Source: an uncultured Prolixibacteraceae bacterium
Lineage (GTDB): Bacteria; Bacteroidota; Bacteroidia; Bacteroidales; Prolixibacteraceae
DNA length: 64,000 nt
NCBI GenBank assembly: GCA_964567485.1
Contig: CAZMMX010000003.1
Coordinates: forward strand, 68,781 to 132,780
Direction of reading: 5' to 3'
How positions within the stretch are numbered: position 1 is the stretch's first letter; each line of letters starts with the position of its first letter. Of the stretch, positions 12,001 through 19,577 are shown piece after piece. Position numbers and translations under genes: made by a program. The notes under the pieces are model-generated. The model made no database searches and was not told the DNA's origin. It saw only the letters and a program-made list of their open reading frames with translations.

Positions 12001-13566
12001 GGCAAAGTCATCAGTGGAAAAACGCGGAAATTAGACCGCGAGAATGTTGAATTCACCCCTGCCGACAGTGCCCTGGCAGCAAACGTCGAGGTCACCGGAA
12101 AAGTGGAAAAGGACATCCTGCGGGAGATCTTTGACGTCACCCTGCGCATGGCCACGGGAATCCGCAATGTCTCGGTCAATTACAGCCTCTCGGGAGGATC
12201 GGTGATGCCGGGTTATCTTCCCGAACCGGCATTCCTGGGCGGTGGAATGTACACCCCCGACCAGAACCTCTTTGGCCGTTCCCTGGGCAGCAGCTACTCC
12301 CCGGGACTCCCCTTCATGCTGGGATGGCAGGACCGCCAGTTCGCCCGCAGTGCCGGAGAGAGAGGATGGCTGACCACCGACCCTGTGCTAAACACCCCCT
12401 TCCAGTTCACCAGCAATGAACGCATTACGGTACGTGTCGACATAGAGCCCCTCCCCGACCTGCGCATCGACGTGAACGCCGACCGCTCCCGCGCCCGGAA
12501 CATCAGCGAATTCTACAACTACGACCCTGTCAACAGCCGCTTCAATGCCGATAACTATACCGAAAGAGGAAACTTCAGCATGACCGTGCTCACCTGGGGT
12601 ACCGCCTTCTTCGCCATCGGCAGGGAGGAGGTCCACCAGTCCGAATCCTTTGAAAAACTGAAAGACTACCGCATCATCATTGCCCGGCGCCTGGCCGCAC
12701 GACGCCCCGCCGGCAACGGATACGACCCCGGTTATGTCAACCCGGAAACAGGATTCCCCGACGGCTATGGCCCCACTTCCGCAGAAGTGCTGGTCCCCGC
12801 CTTCCTGGCAGCATACCAAGGGGCCGACCCCCACAAGGTCTCCCTGAACATGTTCCCTTCTATCAAGTTCATACGCCCCAACTGGAGAATCCAATACGAA
12901 GGCATGGTCTCCAAAATCCCCGCCTTCAACAAGGTGATGAAAACCATGGCCTTCACCCACTCTTACCGCTCCAGCTACACCGTAGGTTCCTTCCTCACCA
13001 ACCTGAACTACATGGCTGAAGAAGACGGCTTCAGCTACGCCCGCGATATCCAGAATAACTTCCTGCCAGCTTACGATTTCAACTCGGTGAGCGTCAACGA
13101 AAGTTTCAGCCCCCTCATCAATATGGACATCACCTGGATCAACGACCTCACCACCCGCGGGGAAATAAAACGAACCCGCTCCATGGGCCTCTCCTTCGCC
13201 AACAACCAGCTGACCGAAGTGCTCAGCAACGAATACATCGTGGGCCTCGGATACCGCTTTACCCGCATGGACCTGATCCTGAAAACCAAAAATTCACAGC
13301 AGTCCTATTCCAACGACCTCACCCTGCGTGCTGACCTCTCCTTCCGGAAAAACAAAACGGTGCTGAGAAAACTCGTCGAAGATACCGACCAGCTGACAGC
13401 CGGCATGAATGCCATTACCATCAAAACCACCGCCGACTATATGCTCAGCGACAGATTCCAGCTCAGGGTATATTATGACAGAATCATCAACCAGCCTTTT
13501 GTCGGCTCTTTCGATACCTCCAATACCAACTTCGGGGTGAGTTTCCGTTTTACCCTTGCCGACTAG
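6016..13566 (+). CDS. sprA: type IX secretion system translocon / gliding-motility protein SprA (Sov)
   Basis: Giant beta-rich ORF of about 2,500 aa. I start it at ATG 6016 (MRLHKIVKNILLLTVIVIF, a signal-like segment), directly after the ruvA stop, rather than at the track start 5944 that overlaps ruvA. Its size, composition and N-terminal strings (LPFPF.D, VEYDPVTGQY) match my memory of SprA. The ruvA-sprA adjacency is familiar in Bacteroidota. Confidence 0.88.
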   Translation: MRLHKIVKNILLLTVIVIFYTLTGGVGSRAEVNPRSSSWVPVERIAAADTTGGDTLLPFPFRDQPAFGHPDNPDTASLFLKKPENIDRQVEYDPVTGQYVFYEKVGSLNYRLPQSMSLKDYIDYDFRKSVNDYWRQRQNLSEMEKTGSLIPGLTIQSEAFNMIFGGNTINIKPQGYVEVSFGYQMNETDNPAIPERLRKVPTFDFDQKIQMNVMGQIGTKMNMRVNYNTEATFDYENKMNLEYTGEEDEIIKRIEAGNVSLPLNGSLITGASNLFGVKAEMQFGKLTLTTLFSQHKGETKTVETEGGAQVTNFEISATEYDANRHFFLSHYFRDHYDEALGSLPVIRSGVTINKIEVWVTNKSGNFTESRNILALQDLGEHDPHIYNPVAAFQQTPGQPWPASLYPNNGANGMYGEMSTTYGDIRNMQSITPVMAQFGNDFMGGRDFEKIEQARKLTESEYTVNQKLGYISLNNALNNDEILAVAFNYTVNGQVYQVGEFSTDGIDAPQTLILKLIKGTNLSPGLPTWDLMMKNVYNLNAYQLTSSDFILNVVYMNDSTGTYINYIPAGRIRGHILLNVLNLDKLNKQQDPYHDGVFDYIEGVTVNSSTGRIIFPVLEPFGRHLADSLQDAQLAETYTYQSLYDSTRTIAEQDAEHNKFRLTGSYKGSSSSDIMVGSFNLAQGSVKVTAGGRELVENVDYTVDYTLGRVTVINPGLLEAGTPIQVSTESEDLFSMQRKSLLGAHANYAFSDRFNLGATALYMQERPLTQKVDYGMDPISNLMLGFDARFSTESQLLTKAIDKLPFISTKAPSAIDFEAEFAQLIPGHSRVIEKSGNAYVDDFEGTKTSIDLKVRQSWVLATTPQHQPLFPEGNLANQREYGFNRALLSWYIIDPLFLRSSTLTPGHIKNDKDQQSNHLVREVFEKEIFPAKESPVGTPTNISMFDLAFYPAEKGPYNFDTRPSLYSAGVTADGTLRDPASRWGGIMRKIENSDFETANIEFIEFWMMDPFVNDSTGLTSGGDLYFNLGDISEDILRDGRKSFENGLPTTSQVTNIDTTVWGRVSTQQMLVNAFDNNPGSRQYQDLGMDGLNDEDEQSFFNDYLEELRNVVSQEVFNEISGDPANDNYHYYRGAIYDDQQLSILERYKRYSGTQGNSPTTEMSPESYPTSATTLPDMEDINNDNTLNEYERYYQYRVSLRREDMELGKNYINDIKQSRVQLKNGTIGEVKWYQFKIPVREYDDVWGNISDFKSIRFMRMFMNGFEDPVVLRFATLDLVRADWRRYTRTLTEEPEIPASVNAAFDISAVNIEENGSKSPVNYILPPGIDRVIDPANPQLRQLNEQSMVMKVTELEQGDARAAYKSLYMDFRRYKKLKMEIHAEALEGHALKDDELVFFIRMGSDYNYNYYEYEIPLKLTPEGRYNGEIEADRYEVWPDANRLDVPLELFTNAKLDRDAEMRKAGSRLRIQDVYEQYHRGWNDNKNLVKVKGSPNLGNVQVMMMGIRHKKRDINTGPKSVEVWVNELRLSEFDEKGGWAANARMTARLADLGTVTMAGRHRSMGFGSIEQNVNQRSIDNLTEYDIASSIDLGRFFPRETGVNIPLYYGYSKSMTEPKYDPTNPDIELKTSLDRTETRHERDSLRNIAQDLVVRKSLNFTNVRVDPQQETPKPARLWSPGNFSVTYSYNEIFKRNINTEYNVDKIYRGMFSYNFNTRPELWSPLSKVKFLQKGPLKLLGDFNLYPLPTQLSFRTDLYRRYNEVQARNITNPGLILPTTFEKDFLWNRNFDLVYDITRNLKADFSSRGTSRIDEPEGRFNRRDDDYEWKRDSMVANLIALGRPVLYNHDVNITYTVPLNRFKALNFLNLNGRYMGSYNWQAGPVTADTIRLGNIIQNSQNLTLTGNVSLTSLYNMVPYLKNLETKFQNTGRSRYGGYGGRTTTQGSSSSGRRAQQQVTPRPEVREAPVFNQANVKLTPGEPVTISHKLGVKEVTLKVTENGKVISGKTRKLDRENVEFTPADSALAANVEVTGKVEKDILREIFDVTLRMATGIRNVSVNYSLSGGSVMPGYLPEPAFLGGGMYTPDQNLFGRSLGSSYSPGLPFMLGWQDRQFARSAGERGWLTTDPVLNTPFQFTSNERITVRVDIEPLPDLRIDVNADRSRARNISEFYNYDPVNSRFNADNYTERGNFSMTVLTWGTAFFAIGREEVHQSESFEKLKDYRIIIARRLAARRPAGNGYDPGYVNPETGFPDGYGPTSAEVLVPAFLAAYQGADPHKVSLNMFPSIKFIRPNWRIQYEGMVSKIPAFNKVMKTMAFTHSYRSSYTVGSFLTNLNYMAEEDGFSYARDIQNNFLPAYDFNSVSVNESFSPLINMDITWINDLTTRGEIKRTRSMGLSFANNQLTEVLSNEYIVGLGYRFTRMDLILKTKNSQQSYSNDLTLRADLSFRKNKTVLRKLVEDTDQLTAGMNAITIKTTADYMLSDRFQLRVYYDRIINQPFVGSFDTSNTNFGVSFRFTLAD

Positions 13567-13832
13567 ACCAGGGAAACAGGGCCCCCGGAACTTCTCCCCA
13601 ACTTTTTCCGTATACTGTCACAGGGAAGAAAACCGGGTATCCTGGATCCTGCCATATGAAGCTCCTCACGGCAGAGCCGGCGAGGAATCCGATTCCGTCA
13701 ACACCCTCCTGAGTGCGTTGTTCGCTGACCCCACGGCAGAGGCGGCAGGAAATGCGCTCGCCGGAATTCAAACCATGGCTCAGTTATCCACCTGCGACTC
13801 CCCTGAATGGCCAAGAGAAACACCATAACAAC

Positions 13833-14252
13833 ATGAATATGAAGTTACGAAATCCCGTTATTCTGTTCCTCGTTCTTCTGCTGGGAGCCTGCACGGCAGG
13901 CCGGCAGGCCGGAAAGGTGGAGCTCGCGGGAACTCCCCCCGGCGATGACAGTACCAGTTACGAACTGATCGTCATGGACCCGGGTTTCGAAACCTGGTTT
14001 CTCACCCGCAGCAAGCCGCCATGGTTCCACTCCCAGCAGTATTACGAAAACTGGAACCGCCAGTATGTCCTCGAATGGAATTTGAAGGCGTCCTCACCCC
14101 GTCACAGCAGAATCTTTGAAACCATCATCGGCTATGATCCCACCGTCGATTACGGACTGGAAATCAATCACAAGCTCTTCTACTATTTCGTATATGTGGA
14201 AAATGAACTGGGGATTCCGGTTCTTCCGCGGGGGCTTTCGCCCTCTTACTGA
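13833..14252 (+). CDS. small lipoprotein, DUF6146-like
   Basis: I start it at ATG 13833 (MNMKLRNPVILFLVLLLGAC, a lipobox). The strings YELIVMDPGFETWF, SQQYYENWNRQYVLEWN and DYGLEINHKLFYYFVY resemble the Bacteroidota DUF6146 family as I remember it. The 13713 start in the track adds an Arg/Pro-rich non-signal extension. Confidence 0.7.
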   Translation: MNMKLRNPVILFLVLLLGACTAGRQAGKVELAGTPPGDDSTSYELIVMDPGFETWFLTRSKPPWFHSQQYYENWNRQYVLEWNLKASSPRHSRIFETIIGYDPTVDYGLEINHKLFYYFVYVENELGIPVLPRGLSPSY

Positions 14253-15295
14253 AAGCCGGGGCGCACGACGGTGAGCAGGGTGTCGCCGAGCCATTCCGAG
14301 GCCGTGGTGGTTCCCCTGAGTTCCGGGGCGGGAAGGCCGGCGCCGAATCTCACAGGGCCTGTGTAAACATGGGCCTCATCCCACATCCCCTCATCTATAA
14401 ATGCCTGGAGGGTTTTTCTGCCTCCCTCCACGATCAGGGAGGTTTTTCCCATCTCCCTGAGATATGCCAGAATCTGCCGGGGAACTCCCTGTCCGGAGGA
14501 GATTTTCAGAAAGGTCAGGTTTTCCTCCTCTTCGCCGGGAGATTCCGTGGCCACCACGGTGGGTGCCGTATGGTCAAAGAGCCGGAGATGGCGGGGCAGC
14601 ACTCCCCGGGGGTCGATGACCATGCGCAGGGGGTTGGCTCCGCTCCACCCGCGGGTGGTCAACGCCGGATCATCCCTTTCGGCAGTCACCCTGCCCACGA
14701 GAATGGCGGCCTCCTGCGATCGGCAGCGGTGAACCAGCACCCGCGCCATAGCTCCCGAAATCCACAAAGGGAAACCCTCCTCCCCGGGCCGGCGCTCCCT
14801 GTCCATAAACCCGTCGGTGGTCTGCGCCCACTTCAAAATCACATAAGGCCTTTCCTTCTCATGAAAGGTGAGAAACCGGCGGTTCTGCTCGCGGCACTCC
14901 CCGGCCAGCACTCCCGTGATCACCTCGATGCCTGCCTTTTGCAGCTTGTCGACCCCCCGGCCGGCCACCTGCGGAAAGGGATCCCTGATCCCAATGACCA
15001 CCCTGGGAATGCCCATGGCCACGATCATATCGGCACATGGAGGCGTTTCCCCATGATGGGCGCAGGGCTCCAGAGAGACATAAAGGGTGCTCTCCCTGAG
15101 GAGCTCGCGGCGCAAAACGGCATTCACGGCATGGACTTCGGCATGGGGACCCCCATACTCTCGATGGAACCCCTCCCCGATGATCCTCCCCCGATGAACG
15201 ATCACACACCCTACCATCGGATTGGGGGCAACAGCACCGGCTCCTGCAGATGCCAGCCACAGGCACCTCTCCATGAATTTTTCGTGATGCGTCAT
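14246..15295 (-). CDS. ribD: bifunctional riboflavin biosynthesis deaminase/reductase
   Basis: Deaminase zinc motifs HAEVHA and PCAHHGETPPC, and a reductase half with ILKWAQTTDG. I start it at ATG 15295 (MTHHEKFMERCLWLA). The track start 15421 would overlap prmC and both promoter boxes. Confidence 0.9.
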   Translation of the reverse strand: MTHHEKFMERCLWLASAGAGAVAPNPMVGCVIVHRGRIIGEGFHREYGGPHAEVHAVNAVLRRELLRESTLYVSLEPCAHHGETPPCADMIVAMGIPRVVIGIRDPFPQVAGRGVDKLQKAGIEVITGVLAGECREQNRRFLTFHEKERPYVILKWAQTTDGFMDRERRPGEEGFPLWISGAMARVLVHRCRSQEAAILVGRVTAERDDPALTTRGWSGANPLRMVIDPRGVLPRHLRLFDHTAPTVVATESPGEEEENLTFLKISSGQGVPRQILAYLREMGKTSLIVEGGRKTLQAFIDEGMWDEAHVYTGPVRFGAGLPAPELRGTTTASEWLGDTLLTVVRPGFQ

Positions 15296-15309
15296 TCCGG
15301 TCAAAACCA

Positions 15310-15326
15310 TAACTTTGCCAAAAATA
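15310..15326. promoter_or_regulatory. back-to-back divergent -7 boxes in the 36-bp ribD/prmC spacer
   Basis: Plus-strand TAACTTTG (15310..15317) lies 15 nt before the prmC ATG. Plus-strand CAAAAATA (15319..15326) is TATTTTTG on the minus strand, 24 nt before the ribD ATG. Confidence 0.4.
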
Positions 15327-15331
15327 ACACA

Positions 15332-16174
15332 ATGCAGGCGACAATTCAATATATCCGCCACGAATTGACGGCGTTCTACCCCGTAACAGAAATAAGAGAA
15401 TTCACGCGGCTCATTTTCCACACCCTCAGGGGATGGTCACTGACCGGTATGGTGCTGCACAGCGGAGAGACCCTGACTCCCGGCGAGATCTCCCTGATCA
15501 GGGAAATTGTGGAGCGCCTCAAGAGAAGTGAGCCGATCCAGTACATCCTGGGAAGCGCCCATTTTTATGGTCTCACCCTGGAGGTCACCCCTGCGGTGCT
15601 CATACCACGGCCCGAAACCGAAGAGCTGGTCGACTGGATCGTCACCGGCAGGAGAGTGGCCCCTTCCTCCCTGCTCGATGTCGGCACCGGCAGCGGATGC
15701 ATCGCCCTGGCCCTGGCTAAGGCCTTCCCAAAATGCACGGCCGAAGGCTGCGACATCTCGGAGGAAGCCCTGGCAGTGGCCATGAGAAACAGCCGGAACA
15801 CCGCTCCATACGTACGCTTTTTCCAGGCCGACATCTTAAGATGGCAGGAATTCCCCGGATGGGAAAAACGGGACCTCATCATCAGCAACCCTCCCTATGT
15901 GACCATCAGTGAAAAAAATGAGATGGAGGAAAATGTCGTGGGATTTGAACCAGGAGAAGCCCTCTTCGTTCCCGATGAAGACCCCCTGCTCTATTACAGG
16001 GCGATTGCCGCCTTTGCTAAGGAGTGGCTGGTGGAGGGAGGGGAGCTCTTCCTGGAAATTAACCGCCGCTTTGGAGGGGAGATCGCCCGCCTTCTCACCG
16101 ACAACGGCTTCCGGGAAACGGAAATCCGCAGCGACTTCCGCGGAAATACCAGAATGGTCAAAACCCGGAAATGA
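15332..16174 (+). CDS. prmC: peptide chain release factor N5-glutamine methyltransferase
   Basis: 280 aa from ATG 15332, with LIPRPETEELV, the SAM-binding string LLDVGTGSGCIALALA, and the catalytic string ISNPPYV. The 601-aa track ORF fuses it to antisense ribD sequence. Confidence 0.88.
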   Translation: MQATIQYIRHELTAFYPVTEIREFTRLIFHTLRGWSLTGMVLHSGETLTPGEISLIREIVERLKRSEPIQYILGSAHFYGLTLEVTPAVLIPRPETEELVDWIVTGRRVAPSSLLDVGTGSGCIALALAKAFPKCTAEGCDISEEALAVAMRNSRNTAPYVRFFQADILRWQEFPGWEKRDLIISNPPYVTISEKNEMEENVVGFEPGEALFVPDEDPLLYYRAIAAFAKEWLVEGGELFLEINRRFGGEIARLLTDNGFRETEIRSDFRGNTRMVKTRK

Positions 16175-16216
16175 AAAATAAAAAGAGCAGACTTTTGTTT
16201 CCCCATTTTCACTAAA

Positions 16217-17320
16217 TTGCACTTTCCTAAAGGGATGCTTTATTTTCTCACCTTGAAAACACTGGCGAAAAATAGTCTGCTGGCCATCAATATTTTGGCT
16301 GCACTGGCTCTGACGGGGTCTTACCTGTCGTCCTATATCCCTCCCGACCGCTGGTGGGCACCTTCCCTCCTGGGCCTGGGATATCCTTACATTATGGGGG
16401 TGAATTTCCTCTTCATCATAGCCTGGCTGATCATCAGCCCACGCTATTCCCTCATCTCCATTGTGGTCATCCTTGCCGGCTGGGGAGTCCTCTCCCGCTT
16501 CGTTCAGCTCAGCGGCAAGGAGACTGGCGATACCCAGATGCGCGTGGTCTCTTACAATGTCAAGAACTTCTCGGGGAGCGGCAGTAACCCTTCACGAGAA
16601 CTCGCCGAAGTGATCAAAGGATTCCTGGCCGAAAACGAACCCGACATCATCTGTCTTCAGGAAGTCAAACTACGTACCAACAAGGTTTTTAACCTGGAAG
16701 AGACCAAAAGAGAGTTCAGCCGTATAGAACACTACCAGTATGCCCGGGCAGGGAGCACCATCGGGTCGGTAACCATGACCAGTTTTCCTATCGTGAAGAT
16801 GGAGGAGATCAGGTTCGAAAAATCGGGAAATATCGCCATTTGTACCGATGTGGTCATTGGCGGCGACACCGTCAGGATCTTCAATGTCCACCTACAGTCT
16901 TATAGAATCGACCCCGACAGGTACAGTGTGATTGAGAATCCCGGGATTCCGCAGAAGAAGGACTTACGTGAATACAGGGAGCTGGCGGAAAAATACAAAC
17001 AGGCGATGATCAAACGGGCGGCCCAGGCCCGCCTGATCAGGAGAAAAATAAAAGCCTCTCCCTACCCGGTCATCCTATGCGGTGACTTCAACGACACCCC
17101 GGCATCTTATGCCTACCGGCAAACCCGCGGAAAACTGCGCGATGCCTTCGTATGCTCGGGAAAAGGAATCGGAAACACCTATGTGGGAAAACTCCCTTCT
17201 TTCAGGATTGACTACATCCTCCACAGCAAGGAGATAAAAAGCACCCATTTCAAGATCCACAGGGTCCCCTACAGTGATCATTTCCCTGTGTCGTGCGAAC
17301 TGGCACTGCAGAAGCGATAA
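16217..17320 (+). CDS. membrane-anchored endonuclease/exonuclease/phosphatase (EEP) family protein
   Basis: The N-terminal ~95 aa carry 3-4 hydrophobic helices. They are followed by EEP strings VVSYNVKNF, IICLQEV, CGDFNDTP and IDYILHS...SDHFPV. Confidence 0.8.
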   Translation: MHFPKGMLYFLTLKTLAKNSLLAINILAALALTGSYLSSYIPPDRWWAPSLLGLGYPYIMGVNFLFIIAWLIISPRYSLISIVVILAGWGVLSRFVQLSGKETGDTQMRVVSYNVKNFSGSGSNPSRELAEVIKGFLAENEPDIICLQEVKLRTNKVFNLEETKREFSRIEHYQYARAGSTIGSVTMTSFPIVKMEEIRFEKSGNIAICTDVVIGGDTVRIFNVHLQSYRIDPDRYSVIENPGIPQKKDLREYRELAEKYKQAMIKRAAQARLIRRKIKASPYPVILCGDFNDTPASYAYRQTRGKLRDAFVCSGKGIGNTYVGKLPSFRIDYILHSKEIKSTHFKIHRVPYSDHFPVSCELALQKR

Positions 17321-17324
17321 AGCG

Positions 17325-18260
17325 TCAGCTGCCAGTAAGGAGTTCCAGGGCTTTCTCCCTGTCGTTGCGGAGCTGGGCCACCAGGGCTTCCACACTGCTG
17401 AATTTTCGTTCTTCCCTGATTTTTCCGTCGAAAAACAGGGTGATCTTCTCCCCGTACAGGGAACCTTCAAAACCAAAAATGTTCACCTCAATACTCCGGT
17501 TGTCGGCATTCTGGTTAAAGGTGGGGCGGGAGCCTATGTTGAGCATGCCTTTCCAGATTTCCCGGGCTACCTTGATCCTGACGGCATACACCCCGTAGCC
17601 GGGGATAAGTTTGGTGACTTCCGTGGCTTCGATGTTGGCCGTGGGAAATCCCAGTTCCCGGCCCACCTTTTTGCCTTCCACCACCTGGCCGTGAAGCTCA
17701 TAGGAATAGCCGAGGTATCGGTTGGCCCGGGCAATATCGCCTGCCTCCAGGGCCTGTCTGATGCGGGTGGAACTGACATGGGCCTCGTTGATCAGCAAAG
17801 GGTCGAGTTTCTCAATCCGGAAGTTGTAATTCCGGGCACACTCTTTCAGGTATTCATAATCCCCTTCCCTGTTTTTGCCGAATTTATGGTCGTACCCCAC
17901 CACCAGACAGGAAGTACCGATTTTGTCTACCAGGATCTCCCGCACAAACTCCCGGTAGGTCAGGGCTGCAAACTCCCGGGTAAAAGGGTAGACCACCAGG
18001 TGATCGATGCCTGCCTTTGCCAGCAACGCTACCTTCTCCTCGAGGGTGGTGATCAGCCGCAGGTTATGCTCATCGGGCGAGAGCACCTGCCGGGGATGTG
18101 GATAAAAAGTAAAAAGAAGAGACTCGCCGCCCGTCGCCGTGGCGATTTCTGTCAACCGCCCGAGGATTTTACGATGCCCCAGGTGCACACCGTCGAAAGT
18201 GCCGATGGTCACCACCGGCCTGACGGCCTTCAAATCTTTCAGGTCGTAATAGATCTTCAC
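17325..18260 (-). CDS. ribF: bifunctional riboflavin kinase / FMN adenylyltransferase
   Basis: 311-aa ORF with a GTG start. Strings TIGTFDGVHLGH, LLFTFYPHPR, GFPTANI and GMLNIGSRPTF are present. Confidence 0.92.
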   Translation of the reverse strand: MKIYYDLKDLKAVRPVVTIGTFDGVHLGHRKILGRLTEIATATGGESLLFTFYPHPRQVLSPDEHNLRLITTLEEKVALLAKAGIDHLVVYPFTREFAALTYREFVREILVDKIGTSCLVVGYDHKFGKNREGDYEYLKECARNYNFRIEKLDPLLINEAHVSSTRIRQALEAGDIARANRYLGYSYELHGQVVEGKKVGRELGFPTANIEATEVTKLIPGYGVYAVRIKVAREIWKGMLNIGSRPTFNQNADNRSIEVNIFGFEGSLYGEKITLFFDGKIREERKFSSVEALVAQLRNDREKALELLTGS

Positions 18261-18279
18261 AATATCCGTTGTCCGGAGC

Positions 18280-18287
18280 CAAAAATA
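18280..18287 (-). promoter_or_regulatory. -7 promoter box (TATTTTTG on minus strand) for ribF
   Basis: Plus-strand CAAAAATA, 20 nt upstream of the ribF start at 18260. Confidence 0.4.
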
Positions 18288-18335
18288 TAAAATTATTATC
18301 TTCGCACCGGAATTTTCGGACTAAGTGGATTTTAT

Positions 18336-18343
18336 TAATTTTG
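18336..18343 (+). promoter_or_regulatory. -7 promoter box TAATTTTG upstream of the TlpA-like gene
   Basis: Exact TAnnTTTG match 24 nt upstream of ATG 18367. It lies inside the track ORF that starts at GTG 18325, which argues for the 18367 start. Confidence 0.4.
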
Positions 18344-18366
18344 CAGACCTTAACAACTGCGCGAAA

Positions 18367-19518
18367 ATGAGACGTTTTACCATCATTGTCATTCCGGTTA
18401 TCCTCTTGGTTCTGACCGGCTGTTCCCGGCCTGAGAAAATTGAGGTCAGGGGGAAGATCACCAATGCTTCCGGGAAAATGGTTTACCTGGAAGAGTTGAT
18501 GGTAGCCAGCGTGCGTCCTGTCGATTCCGCCAGGGTCAGCGCCAGCGGGGAATTCACCATCAAACACGAGGTAGGCATGCCCACGTTTTTCCTGCTCAGG
18601 CTCGCTGACAACAATTTTATCACCCTGTTGCTCGATTCCGCGGAAAAAGTGACCGTAGAAGCCGATGCCATCAGCCTGGCCCGGGACTATAAAGTTGCCG
18701 GATCCCCGGGGTCTCTGCTGGTTCAGGAACTCAACTACCGCCTGAATACCACCAAGCAAAAGCTGGATTCTATATCCTCGCTCTACACCCTTTATGCCGA
18801 AAGCCCCGATTTTGAAGCCCTCAAGGCCGGATGGAAAAAGGCCTATGACACCATTGTCCAGGAACAGATCGACTACTCCACGCAGTTTGTCTCGGAACAT
18901 CCGTTTTCGATGGCGAGTGTTTTGGCATTGTACCAGAAATTCAATGATGACGATTATGTGGTGCGCGACTTGCATGCCCTGAGAGTGGCAGCTTCGGCCC
19001 TCAACTCCTTTTATCCCGAGTCAGAGCATGTCAAAGCCCTCTATGCCAACACCCTGCAGCTTCTGGAAACGGAAAGGGCAGGCAAGGTGCGACAACTGAT
19101 CGCTGACCACGGCGAAAACAGTCCTGAAATTCTCCTCCCCGACCCTCAGGGCCATGACATCTCCCTGACATCATTCAGGGGCAAGTTTGTCCTGGTCCAA
19201 TTCTGGTCGGCAGTCGACCATAACTCCAGGATCATCAATCCCGTGCTGGTGGAAATCTACCAGAAATACCGCAGCAAGGGACTGGAAATTTATCAGGTGA
19301 GTGTGGACAAGGACCGGTCGCTGTGGCTGGAAGCCATTGAAAAAGACAAGCTTACCTGGACCAATGTGGGAGACATGAAGGGAAGCATTGAAGCGGTGAT
19401 GCGTTACAATATCCAGTCGGTGCCCTATAACTATCTTCTTGACAGGGAAGGATCAATCGTGGCCAAGAACCTGAATGGTCCGGCCATCGACCGCACCCTG
19501 TCGCAACTGCTCAGGTGA
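18367..19518 (+). CDS. TlpA/AhpC-like thioredoxin-fold lipoprotein lacking the CxxC motif
   Basis: Lipoprotein signal MRRFTIIVIPVILLVLTGC. The C-terminal thioredoxin-fold strings FVLVQFWSAVDHNSR, GLEIYQVSVDKDRSLW, LTWTNVGDMKG and VPYNYLLDREGSIVAKNL parallel TlpA-like proteins, but VDHN replaces CGPC. Confidence 0.8.
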   Translation: MRRFTIIVIPVILLVLTGCSRPEKIEVRGKITNASGKMVYLEELMVASVRPVDSARVSASGEFTIKHEVGMPTFFLLRLADNNFITLLLDSAEKVTVEADAISLARDYKVAGSPGSLLVQELNYRLNTTKQKLDSISSLYTLYAESPDFEALKAGWKKAYDTIVQEQIDYSTQFVSEHPFSMASVLALYQKFNDDDYVVRDLHALRVAASALNSFYPESEHVKALYANTLQLLETERAGKVRQLIADHGENSPEILLPDPQGHDISLTSFRGKFVLVQFWSAVDHNSRIINPVLVEIYQKYRSKGLEIYQVSVDKDRSLWLEAIEKDKLTWTNVGDMKGSIEAVMRYNIQSVPYNYLLDREGSIVAKNLNGPAIDRTLSQLLR

Positions 19519-19577
19519 CCGCCCGGAACGGTGCTTCGGGCTTGCGCCATCGTTAAAACCTGATCTCCGCCTGCCGG

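Noticed and set aside
13556-13832. ORFs 13556..13828 (plus) and 13550..13771 (minus), and the 13713 start of the lipoprotein gene.
   Set aside because: They have no signal, no motif and low-complexity sequence. The lipoprotein has a clean signal/lipobox only from ATG 13833.
15296-15331. Possible FMN (RFN) riboswitch upstream of ribD.
   Set aside because: The spacer is 36 bp and is fully occupied by two divergent promoter boxes.
14369-16174. 601-aa plus-strand ORF spanning the ribD and prmC regions.
   Set aside because: Only the last 280 codons (from ATG 15332) look like PrmC. The first 321 codons are antisense to ribD and run through both divergent promoter boxes.
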